DNA of 58,042 bases, counting the filler, from Sphacelaria rigidula (taxonomy: Eukaryota), in assembly GCA_964200075.2 (NCBI GenBank). It is 4 parts of 4 records of this genome, joined end to end, with 100 filler letters (N's around TTAATTAATTAA, not from the genome) between each part and the next. Parts side by side here need not be neighbours in the genome. Positions count along the whole stretch, not along the records: positions 1 to 14,438 come from CAXNAA020002244.1; 3 more parts are not named here. One strand, given 5' to 3'. Positions within the stretch are counted from its first letter, which is position 1. Every line of letters begins with the position of its first letter. Below, one piece after another: positions 1-10,830 of the stretch. The translations under genes were made by a program, and so were the position numbers. The notes beneath the pieces were generated by a model. That model was not told the DNA's origin, did not search any database, and saw only the letters and a list, made by a program, of their open reading frames with translations.

Positions 1-232
1 TGAACGTGCGTGTTTTCACAGCCTCCAATGTTGGTTGATTAGTGACGCGAACTGTTTCGCATAAGAATCCACCACAAAAAAAAACAGTTCTTCCGTTTGA
101 AATCCTAACTCTGAATCTGAAACAACAGTCCGAGTCTCACGAATATAATGTTTAACACATTCATTTGGGGAGAATCGGGGAAAAGCGTACAAAATCAACC
201 AAAATTGGAGGCTGTGAAAACACGCACGGTCA
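1..232. mobile_element. Small TIR element (MITE-like), ~40-bp terminal inverted repeats
   Basis: 1-40 (tgaacgtgcgtgttttcacagcctccaatgttggttgatt) is the near-perfect reverse complement of 193-232. Its interior (~33-150) is repeated directly at ~243-360. The left flank is outside the window, so the TSD cannot be tested. Confidence 0.55.
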
Positions 233-1560
233 TTACTCGGGTTAGTTGATTAGTGACGCGAACTGTTTCGCATAAGAATTGACCACAAGGAAAACAGTTC
301 TTCCGTTTGAAATCCTGACTCTGAATCTGAAACTACACTCTGAATCTCACGAATATGGTGTTTACTGTCGAGAGCGAGTTCTCTACATATATTAACAATT
401 ATTCCTCCGCATGAGTCACATGCCAACCGACAATAATCACACCGATTACACATGGTTCCACTATATGAACTACGTATAACAGTGCCACTGAACATTGATC
501 ATGGACATTTAGAAGATGTGTAGACATTTCCATAATAACATTTTTTTTTCTGTAGTTGAATACTATACGGTAAACAGCCTGGTTCACGGTTCTGACCAAA
601 AATTTACTAATCAGCGAATACCTTCGCAATACCTACTCAATAGTCGCATGAACCGCAATATACAATACAGCAATATACTGTAATGGGCAACTGAAGACGA
701 CGACCCAGCCAGATTTTGTTTTTGCCCATAGCGATGGCGCTGAGGGCGAACATTTACCTCGGTCAACCAGCACCCTTGAAGTTGTTGTGAAATTTAAATA
801 CGAGTTCTTATCCCAATTTCTATCCAATCTTCACATGCTTTAAACCGTGGTAACCACCATCAGCTTGGGAGTCCAACAGAAAAAAAATCGGTTAATATGG
901 GACCGAACAGTACCCCAACTCGTGGTATTTCATTGAGGTGGGGTTTCGGCGTCGTCGAACTTTCATTGATAGTATAGTACGCAAGAAAGACCCACCAAGA
1001 ATCCTCATGGCTCTCTGCCTTGAATATGTCGTAGATTAGCTCCGATCGCCCTCAAATTTGGTTGTTCGGCTGGTATTGGTGCTTAAAATGAAAAAGTTAT
1101 ATGAACGAAAAATATCCAACGCATTCTCGGCTTTCACCGGCTTCCGGGGGTCCTCGCGTAAAGACTCCCGGAAGCCGGTATATGCTGCCTTAAAATAAAA
1201 CATAGGAAATGTACGCGCCGTGGGGTAGTCCAACGAGCATTTCGTGTAAGTATGTGCAGTACTACATGTTTTATACTGTACAGTGTTTAGGCTGGGGGAC
1301 CTTCGTGATATCCTCTCATTATAATATCGGAAAACACCACATCCTCCCATCAAGAGATTGATTGGTTGAGTGATTGATTATCGCATTTTAACTGACCCCT
1401 AGCCGTGGTCAGAGGACAGACGTACTCAAGACAAGACTGAACTGAAACACTCGCTGGAGAAAGAGTATCTTTGAAATGATGTCTGAACATTGAAACGAAT
1501 CTCAGGTTCACAACAGTGATTTCTCTGACCTAAAGTCATGGCAAATGACCTCCACATATC

Positions 1561-1783
1561 GACGAGCTCATGCCCCCCGACCTTCCCAAAGCTTGTTTTA
1601 GGGGTTTCCCGTCTTCCACCCCCTCAAAGGGTATGTGCGAAAGCACTTTCTTGCCTCGATTTCAGAGTGAAAAAGGGGACGCTTTTCGCCCACAAACAGT
1701 GCTTTCGCATATATCCTTTGGGGGAACGGAAGACGGGAAACTCCCGAGACTAGTTTCAGGGAGGTTGGGGGCATGAGGTCGTC
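1561..1783. repeat. Foldback (long inverted repeat), probable MITE
   Basis: Arm 1561-1646 (gacgagctcatgcccc...gcgaaagcact) pairs with arm 1698-1783 (agtgctttcgca...ggcatgaggtcgtc), with about 17 mismatches and a ~50-nt loop. Confidence 0.75.
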
Positions 1784-1797
1784 CATGAGTGATTATT

Positions 1798-1921
1798 CGG
1801 TAGGGGTGAACTTTTCAGTTCAAAAGTTTTCTGACGCTGGACACTAAGGTCTACAGTAGACGTTTGTAAACGAGAGATTCCAACAGTTCAGAGTCTCGGA
1901 AAAAATTGCACACCCCTGCCG
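1798..1921. mobile_element. Short MITE with CGGTAGGGGTG-type TIRs
   Basis: cggtaggggtg at 1798 and cacccctgccg ending at 1921. The same TIR family occurs at 40218-40341. Confidence 0.45.
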
Positions 1922-2429
1922 TGAGTGATTGATTGGTCGGCTATCTCACATTAGCTGATTGCAAGAATCTAGCCCGTAATCAGGATCAGCAAAAATAGCA
2001 GAATAAGAAAGAATGAAATGGACAAAAAAAGGCAGAAGCAATAGCCACAGAAAGGAAAGAAGAAAGGAAGCAGCCATAACAACAACATCGATACCGTAGA
2101 ACCACTCTATCGAAGAGTTGTAATCGCACATCAGGGGCATAGAAAATTAGGCCAGAAGATTGTTCTATAAGTACGGGACAGGGAAAGTCTTACGAATACA
2201 TGAATCAATCTAAAAGGAATCAATGCTGAAGAAATGGCCACATAGCGCTCATTTATGTCTATCTCGACATCTTGCAAGAGAGTTCGGGGAACTATCAGCG
2301 GATCAAAAGTGGTCCTAAATAGTTCGCAAGAGCTGGTATATAGGAATAACCAAAAGTCGGACATGCTCTTCATGTCGACATCATCCAGGGTGGGGATTTG
2401 TAGTGCAAACTCTTGGTCTGATCATATGT

Positions 2430-2788
2430 GTTGTCGTCGTGTGTTGTCGTCCCATCCGTTCTGGACGCCGGTCTACACCGTTCGGTGTATGAGGGCGCAC
2501 CAGTCGGGGTCACACAGTATGAAGGCCAACACAGTAGTTCTCATTTTTTGTTTGTTTTTAGTACTCCACCTTCCTCCTGCCGTGCTTGCCTTTATTTTTT
2601 ATCGCGAGAGGGGTTCAGCAGTCCATTTCTCTCGTCGACCATGAAGTCGAATGTTGTGTACCCACGACGTAGTCGCTCTCCACTGTTGGGCATTGTGTGA
2701 GAAAAAATCCCAAATCGCTCCGAGGTTCGAAGTCAGGACCCAACAGCCAGAAGGTTTCGAGGTTACCAACTGAGCCACTGGGCCGACC
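2430..2788 (-). mobile_element. tRNA-derived SINE
   Basis: The minus strand starts GGTCGGCCCAGTGGCTCAGTTGG (Pol III A box), then GACTTCGAACC (B-box-like), a ~280-nt unique body and an ACAAC-rich tail. A second diverged copy lies at 11790-12148. Confidence 0.75.
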
Positions 2789-3848
2789 GGCAGATAGATC
2801 ATATGCCCCAGGAAATGAAGCATCTCGCTCGGACACAAATTAAATATCCGTGCATCGCAATATAATCATCGGCAAGGAACCACAAATCTTCAATAGCTAC
2901 AGACCCCCCGAAGACTCAGCTGGTCGCATGGACTAAAAAAACATATCACAAGAGAGTTGACGCCTGACTCGTGCAGTATCGCCAACTGACTTTCGAGCAT
3001 AATAGTTGAGCCGGTTGGTCATTCAGATCTGTCGAAAATTGCAACTAGGTGTTGTCATATCCTTGGAGCGAGGTCGACGTAGTATTTAATGTGATTCCTT
3101 CCATGATATGGGTCTAAATCGTTTTGATGTTGACAACGCATACATGAGTTGCTGATGTTTTGTACTTCAAAGCAGGCGGTAAGCGTAGCATGTGCGGTAT
3201 GTATAGATCTAATGTTGGTATGTGATCAGACTCTGCGTGTACTTGCACGTGTCATTTACATCGAGCGTTGAATTTTCTTCCAAAAGTCTGGTATCAATTA
3301 GCATCTATGGGAGCCGCGCTCCCGCGATGATGGAGCGCTGCACCAATAGCGGAATCTACCACTGCGTACTCACTCTAGCCACGGCTAGCAGCAGCGTTGT
3401 CGGGGCACATTCGTCATCAACGGTCGCACACGAAGACAGCTCGACTTTGGAGCAGTCAGGCCGGGGGCGGAAGACGACCGGTGCTGCTGTCGATCACTTC
3501 AACATGGGTATCGACACATATAGTTTCACGATGATGCACCACTTTCGTGAGCAGCTATGACTCCCCTTGGAAGTGAAGTATGCTTGGCCGTATCGCGCTT
3601 ACCAACTCTGCTCTCACGTGCTAAGCGCGTGCGGTGAACGTGAGAATCACCCTGATAAACATCTGCATCCAAGGCAATTCGTCGACAGTATCGCTATTCG
3701 CGCATACATACATCGACGCCATCGTGAAAAGGACGCGGGGCAAAAAGACAACAGCGCTCAAGATAGCTTCCGTTGGACTGACTCTTCACCTAGCTCCGCA
3801 CACATATTTTGCGTAGCATGCGGGCACATACTATTTGATTCAAATATT

Positions 3849-4828
3849 TCATTTGCTGGACGTCTTCGACTTGCTCGAGTCGCTTGAACCTCCGTCCTTT
3901 GTTCTTTTTTTGGCCGAATCTTCCTTGCCTCGGTCGTCTTTTTGCGAGGCACGGCCATCTTTATCCGAGGACCCTGAGTCCTTTTTCGAATTCCCGTCTT
4001 TCTTGCTGCTTCCTCCGCTTGACTTGTTTTCGTCCTCCTTTGTTCTCCTTTCCCGTTCAGTATCGCGCGACTTACCATCCTTAGAGGTGTTATCCTCTTC
4101 TGGTAATTCCTCCCCGTCTACACGCAACTTTTCCGGCGCCTCTTTATGCACGTTCAGCTTCCCGTTGATTGACACATCAGGATCCACGCTTAGACTTTGA
4201 CACGTTACGTTTCCAATGACAAGGGCAGAGCGACGTAGTCGTAAGCGTTCGGCCTCAATATTGCCGACGATGGTGCCATCCGAGACAATCTGTGGAGTCC
4301 GTGATGTGAGGCAAACGATCGTCAGCAGCATACAGCAGAGGGGTCATGTACAGCAACGTTTTCGTGCGGGTTTAAGAGCAAACTGTGGGGTTCCTTTACC
4401 AGCACAATAGGGCCAGCAAACCCTTACCTCTCTCAGACCGATGATATTGCCGCGGACTACACCACTTTCTCCGATCACCAAATCTCCGGTGGACGTTAGT
4501 ACCCCCTTGAATGAGCCATCGACACGAAGTAGCCGCTCGAAGGACAGTTCCCCCTGATGCAGTAAATGTTCCGGACACATGACTCAGCATATACCGGCTT
4601 GGTGTGGAGAATGGCTTCTCTGTCGAGCATCACATGGTTGCTGCTGCGGGAACGCCACCATGGCTCGGTGTGGAGAACGGCTTCTCTGGCGAGCATTACA
4701 TGGTTGCTGCTGCGGGAACGCTACCATCATTTGACCTGCATTGGCCCACTAAAACTCACGGTTCACCAAGTCCAGTAGCCTACCTTTACATGGACGTGCT
4801 CGCCCACGGTTGTCTCTGGTGTTTCCGC
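3849..4828 (-). CDS. Bactofilin (polymer-forming cytoskeletal beta-helix protein), last three exons
   Basis: GT-AG exons 4828-4784 (AETPETTVGEHVHVK), 4553-4428 (GELSFERLLRVDGSFKGVLTSTGDLVIGESGVVRGNIIGLRE) and 4289-3849 (IVSDGTIVGNIEAERLRLRRSALVIGNVTCQSLSVDPDVSINGKLNV..., then a K/D/S-rich tail and stop). All junctions are phase 0 and in frame. The pattern matches the bactofilin/CcmA solenoid. Confidence 0.85.
4596..4727. repeat. Two-unit ~66-bp tandem repeat in a bactofilin intron
   Basis: ggcttggtgtggagaatggcttctctg...gcgggaacgccaccat is followed by ggctcggtgtggagaacggcttctctg...gcgggaacgctaccat. Confidence 0.8.
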
Positions 4829-5994
4829 CTGCGCAGAACAGGGCAAGGGCGCGCACAATCAAATTTATTCGGCCAGAATACACACAAGTCAAGACTGCTG
4901 TCCTGCTTGTAGAATATCTTCCTTGTGCTTTCCTGATCTTGGTGAACCTTTTGTCACCCGTCTACTGTCCATGGTATATAGTCCAGTAATGGCCCTGCAG
5001 AACCATCAACCTCACTATACCCTGTAATCCATCGCCGTGACCTTGCCGAAACACTGGTGGCCAGATGGGTAGCTTAAGGCGTATCTTAGAGTATTTCAGA
5101 ATCTTGTAGGGTCGTCTATCGTTTACAACGTACCGTACGATCGTCGTGAGGTTGTGTGATACGCGCGCAACGCATTAAGACCCAACTTGTTGACAACCCC
5201 CGTCAACAAGCCTGGTCCGGCGTAAACCCGGCGTACTCCGTCCCGGCTTTGTAGGGATGCAAGGTCAATGCTCAGGTGACTGCGGCATGCAAGATCATCA
5301 ATGAGTGAAAGCAGCAGTAAGAGCCTCGCGGTATCCCCCTCGCCACCAGTACACCTTTCAGTAGGGTCTGGGGCTTCTACCAGAAGATATCGATAACACT
5401 GGTGGGCATTTAGGGAGGGATTTGAATGGGAGAGCAATCCACCGCCACGCCGCACGATCACGGGCCAGTATTCCACGAAGTGTCTCCACATGGTGGACAG
5501 AGGCCATGCCAATTGCGGGCCGTATTCCAATCGAAATCAAGACAGTTCTCACTCCAAAAGCGCATGGATGCGCACAGTTTCCGTCGATTTGTCCTTTTGC
5601 ATGTTTGTTGATTGTTCTCTAAAAACCAACACCGTAGCATGTCCACTGACCGTAAGGAATGAAGCGGCCCGCCATCGGAGCACTAGAGAACACTCCAGTT
5701 CGCCACACAATTGGTGATTCAGAAGCAAAACCGTTCTGAGCCCCTGTCGCTGAAAAGGTCTACTCTGTGCTTGCGGTTAGTCAGGAAATACGTACCCGTA
5801 TGTGACGCTAACTACAAGCAGGGGGTTCTGAAAAGGGGAACGAACTTGTCGCATGGAAATGAAAGGACGTCGAAGTTGTTCGGAATAGTGAGAAATGGTA
5901 CGCCTCAGTGGCATCTTTGAGGATATTTTATCCCCTCCCTAAGGTTAAATAGCTGAGGTTAGAGCTCGGCGAGATATTTCCTCCGCATGTACCA

Positions 5995-7870
5995 GGTCCA
6001 CCCCTGCCCTTGCTTGTTGCGTTGTTGCGACGTAGACTGAACAGGAGCTGATATCATGGCATCGGGACGGACACAGGCTGACTGTTTGAGGAACCAAAAC
6101 AGACCAAACCACGGCCCGTGATGAGTGTGAAGAGCAGCAAAACATCAACCTCCAGAAAGGATCGTTGAAGAAAATAAGCACGAAGCAGCAGCAGCGGCAG
6201 CTATCCAGCTCGTTGATGACAATTGATTGCGACTATCGTGTTCCAGTGAAATACCAACACGAGCACCAGGCTGCCCACACTGTAGCAGCAGTATAGTGCA
6301 GTGTGTACAACACAGACAACGTCTGCATCCGGCGTAGAACAGCCAGTGGTACAACAACACTATAACAAGAGGAAAACAAATGAACCCTTTGACTGTCGGA
6401 TCAGTGTATCGAATACATTTCCCAGTGAAAATGATGCCGATTTCAACGATACACACACACACACACACACACACACATACGGGCTATGTCCGTGCCAGGC
6501 TCAAACCACTCAAAACTCAATCCCGACGCAAAGGCAAGGGGCCCACAGTCCATGCAGAGCATGTACACCAACTTTCGCGAAAAAAGAGCGCGATGTAAGC
6601 CCAAATAGCACCGCCGGAAACAAGGGTCTCGCAGAGTACCCTATTTTGTCCGACAATACCTGTAGGATAGGTGTACTGTACTCACCATCAACTACCATGT
6701 TTATCTTGCATTCCCCTCTCGTCCTGTTTTGGCCCTGTTGTGTCCAGAGTTTACCCGTATTTGACCACTACTGATCTTGCATAGCCGCCGTCCAACCCAA
6801 CGCACGGCACAAAACCAAACGGCTAAAAAACGTCTCCACCGTTTATTGTACCACTTTCTAGGGCCTAGAGTGGAAACATTGAAGACAACATCCCTCCCCA
6901 CTACAGTGCGACCGATGTGTATCGACTGTACATCACTTAAGGTGCAGCTCATAGGTTACAATATGCCAGCCTCCATTGGAGTCACGCCAGCAGCAGCTAA
7001 GTCACCGCCAGGGGCAACTTGTTTCACTCTGCACGTCAAAAAAGTCTCACTGGTCGTGGGTTCTCTACTACATTCCCCCAAGGCCGACGTGTACGACTGT
7101 TCTTGTACCAAGAGAAGGCCAACCTCAACGATAACACCCCCCGCATGCGATAGGATTTCCGCGTTCATAGTTCGCACGTGTGCATATGACAAGAGGATAG
7201 CGGTGATGAATATCGCACTGTTTCTCGACGACGTGTTCTGTAGCGCACAAAGGGGCGTCCCGTCCAAAATGAGAGGCGGAATGGAATCGATCTTTGCACT
7301 GGTCAGCACCACAAACTACACACGAATACATCAGTCAAGATGCGGCAACGCAACATTTTTGTGGACTATCCAACTAACCGCCTGTCGTTCTTGTGCCGAT
7401 GAAAGGGCTGGCAAAATGGTATAGGGTGGCAACCTGATGCCAATCTCTCGAGCGATTGGGCATCGCTGAACGAAGGCACACAAAGGACACGGGCGAGGAG
7501 CTTGCTCTCCGCAATTGCTCCTCCGGTGGCATCGTCATCGACGCACGTGTATACCGCATTAATTGGATGAACCTAGCCACACCTACTCAGCTTTTGACAC
7601 AAACAAACTGCCTGAATTTACTTTCGTTTGCAAACTAATTCGGCATAAATGTGGGAAACCGAAAGGAAGGTTGAACCCCATCGCGATTTTGAACCTCATT
7701 TTCAAGGAGATCTCTATACTCGATTGTTGTTTTGCCGTTCTTCACACTTATCACGGGGCGTGGTTTGGCCTGCTGTCGTCCATCCAACACTCAGCTTTGT
7801 GCCCGTCCCTGTGCCGTGATGTCGGCCCATGTTCGGTCTACGTCGCAACAACGCAGCAAGCAAGTGCTGG
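5995..7870. repeat. Pair of diverged ~150-bp repeats in inverted orientation (about 5995-6150 and 7720-7870)
   Basis: cttgcttgttgcgttgttgcgacgtagactgaaca...gtgatgagtgtgaaga is matched by tcttcacacttatcac...tgttcggtctacgtcgcaacaacgcagcaagcaag on the opposite strand. Confidence 0.65.
7190..7600 (+). repeat. Dispersed repeat shared with 57520-57900 (opposite strand)
   Basis: tagcggtgatgaatatcgcactgtttctcgacgacgtgttctgtagcgcaca...ggaatcgatctttg and ggcgaggagctt...ctccggtggcatcgtcatcgac...gaacctagccac both recur in reverse complement at the end of the window. Confidence 0.7.
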
Positions 7871-8100
7871 GTCATAAGTGATTAATGCGTCGAGTATTCC
7901 TCAATATGTCCGCTGCGTATTTCTGGCCCCTATTCCCGGATACGTTTGCTTCATGTATCACCTCATCCGGAGTACCCCCCGCCACTATCACTGGTTCAGA
8001 ATATACGTAGGTGACTGGCACCTTCGGTACCATTTGCGGAGGCGATCATAAACCGGGATTGGGGGGCAGGGATAGAGTGCATCGCAGAGGAACTTGGTGT

Positions 8101-8186
8101 GGGGGGAGGGGGGGGGGGCGTACTCATTTGTTGCTTGCCTTAGTCGTTTGACCATTGACCACGCATCCCTTTCGAGACGGAGCACC
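8101..8186 (-). mobile_element. 5'-truncated non-LTR retroelement 3' end with oligo(C) tail
   Basis: Sense strand GGTGCTCCGTCTCGAAAGGGATGCGTGGTCAATGGTCAAACGACTAAGGCAAGCAACAAATGAGTACG followed by a C-run. TSD ttggtgt at 8094-8100 and 8187-8193. Confidence 0.75.
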
Positions 8187-9622
8187 TTGGTGTGCGCGGA
8201 ACGAAGGCATCGGAGGCGAGCAACAATTGGGTGGTACAAGGTACCATCAGCGCGTTCTCCGAAGCAATGTGGGGTAAAATGGTGGCCATGTGCTACTCCG
8301 AGCATGCCGCCGGTATGGAGGGCACCAACGCCGGTGCCGCGGCGAGCGACGCCGCTAAAGCATCGAGTATCGCAACAGCACCAGCATCGGACCCCTCAGA
8401 ATCATCAGCACCAGCACTGGGCACGGCCATAACGCCACCCATGTCATCGGACGCCCCCAGTAAAGTACAACGTTCGATATCCGCCGCGGCATCGCCTCTG
8501 CCAAGGACAGTACGACGGCTGTTGATAGTAGTCGTGACGGGGAGTCGTTCCGGCAAGACGGCGGGAGGGTGGCGGGAGGGGAATGAGATCCGGGACCAGA
8601 TTCTACGAGGCGCAATTGTTTCCACGACGGTCGAGATGGCCCCACAAAGGGCGGATCGAAGCATCCAGCCGGGATCTGGATTGGAGATTCAGATTCCGAG
8701 TGCAGCGGCTCGGAGAGAGAGGATTCGGCATCGGAAGCTGGCGAGGACCACGGCGATGAACTCGCGTCTTTGATTGAAACTGCAGAGAACATTGGAAACA
8801 TGTTTCCTGCAGATGGGTTGCGGAGGTATATATGTAACCCTGGCAGTTATCTTCTTCAGACGGGAGTTGTATCCCGTGCGTTGAGTTGATGGAGAAGTTG
8901 TATAATGCTAGGTGCAGTGCGCCCTTGAGTGCCGACGTCTACGGCGGGTAGTCCGGTGACGCCCTCGGGCGAGTCGTCGGTCGTATCTGAAGATAATTGT
9001 TGATACTAACCGAATGACTCAAACAACAAAAATCAGGATCAAGGTATGATCTCGCAGTTAACCTTTCGGAATACTGTGCAACACGACCACCGCACGCACG
9101 TCGACTCCAGTCGTGAGGCGGCGTCCATAGCGCTCCGCACAGCGGGCGAACCACCAGGAATATTTGGTATGATGGATAACCGATCATCAAAATTGAGAAC
9201 GGAAGTTTTCACTGAGGATAATAAGTCGGTTTATCATAATCTTCATATCTGTGGACCAGTTTTTCGAAATATGGCTGCATTCCTTCACGTACCGGTAGCT
9301 GTTGCCAATTACTGCACGCAGTGCAAATTTGGAATCCGATAATCGAAATTTTGGGGTCCCATGTATATTTTTCTGAGGGGGAGGGGGAGGTGATCAAAAC
9401 GGAACAACTAAGTTCTATCCTCGATGTCGAGGATCAGTTGATCAATGTGCTGAACGCTGGAGGGACACCGGTCGATCTTTATCATCCCTCTCCCCTCCAT
9501 ATGTTTCCCACCGAACTTCCGCCTGCACTATATCGGACAGTCGATGTGACTACCTATCTATGCTTCAAAGCACAACCTAGCGCCATTTCCACGGTATCAC
9601 TCATTCGTTTCCGACAGCTTAC

Positions 9623-10008
9623 AACAGACAATTCTATGAAATGAGGTTTCACACTAAAACGAGGTTCAAGTCCGAGACGGTGCTTTCCCCACACTTTCAG
9701 CGATGGTGACCGATGACGTTTTTGTCGGCCTCATGCCCCTCGATCGCGTTGATACTTTCTCAACGCATTTTACCGACTCTGTGAGCTTACAGCGCTGACC
9801 GAAACCGCCATTTTCCCTGCTCTCACCTCCACTAAAAAATCAGGGAAATGACGGTTTCGCTCAGCGCTGTAAGCTCACAGAGTCGGTAAAATGCGCTGAT
9901 AAAGTATCAACGCGATCGAGGGGCATGAGGCCGACAAAAAATTCATCGGGCACCATCGCTGAAAGTGTGGAGAAAGCACTGTTTTGGGCTTGAACATCAT
10001 TTTAGTGT
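9623..10008. mobile_element. Long foldback element, family A (~170-bp arms; terminus 5'-AACAGAGG)
   Basis: 9651-9819 pairs with 9841-10008. Other copies are at 29075-29376 and 43609-43815, with a decayed fragment at ~11560-11775. Confidence 0.8.
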
Positions 10009-10830
10009 ACAACCAACCGCTCCACTTCTTTCATTTTTTGTTCTAGGTCGACCATTTCTTTCTGTGCTTTGCACTTGTTGACTTTTATATTATTATTTTT
10101 TACGTCTTAGCCTACTATGTCGTTCTTTTCTATTTTTTTTTCTTTCTGTTCCCTCTTTACTTCAGCGAGTGCTTCAGTTTTGTTTCTTGGGTACGTCTAT
10201 CATGAGACTATCATGAGACCAACGCTGGACCCCTGGGGGGTCAGTTAATCTGCGGCAATGAATCAATCAACTCAAAACCTCATTCTATGGAATCGTCTGT
10301 ATTACGATGTCGCTGACGACACGAGGAATCGGCAGAACGTGAGTGTGCGTCATACGTTGCGCGGTGGTGATCCCGTAAACACGCTTCATGCGCCGCCCCA
10401 TCGACAACGGCAAGCGTATGTTTGTAACGTCTTTCCTCCTGGCGGGTGCTTTGGATTGTTGCACGTATGGGTGTGGAAGAAGATATTCCTCACGCTACAA
10501 ACCAACTGGAGGCCGCGCAATTACGACCTGCTCAATTTGGATACCACCTGCTACCCAATGGGTTTTTACGCCGCATTTCACATGCTGTAACACCCCTCAC
10601 CGAGGTGGAAACATATCGACACACACGGCAGCTATGGCGACAAATCAAGTTGATCTGTGTGGATAAAACGTGTACCTACCAGGCCTCAACTTCCTGGCGG
10701 CGCGGATCCTCGTCACAAAGTAAACAATAGGGGTGACGTGGATATAATCTACTGCGGATTATGCACTATACCAATACTCAAATGGGGCCCGCTTGGGCTT
10801 GAACGACGGATAGTGGCCGATTCTACTTAC

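Noticed and set aside
1561-1783. Apparent G:U bias suggesting a selected RNA structure
   Set aside because: A manual count gave about 9 G:U-type against 6 A:C-type mismatches, and the other long foldbacks are also mixed. There is no convincing strand bias.
2735-2788. tRNA gene
   Set aside because: A and B boxes are present but there is no complete cloverleaf, and it is attached to a repeated body. It is a SINE head.
8192-8801. Overlapping ORFs with an IWIGDSDS motif resembling a Copia protease
   Set aside because: A single short motif in low-complexity sequence, with no LTR or other domains. Possibly a TE relic but not supportable.
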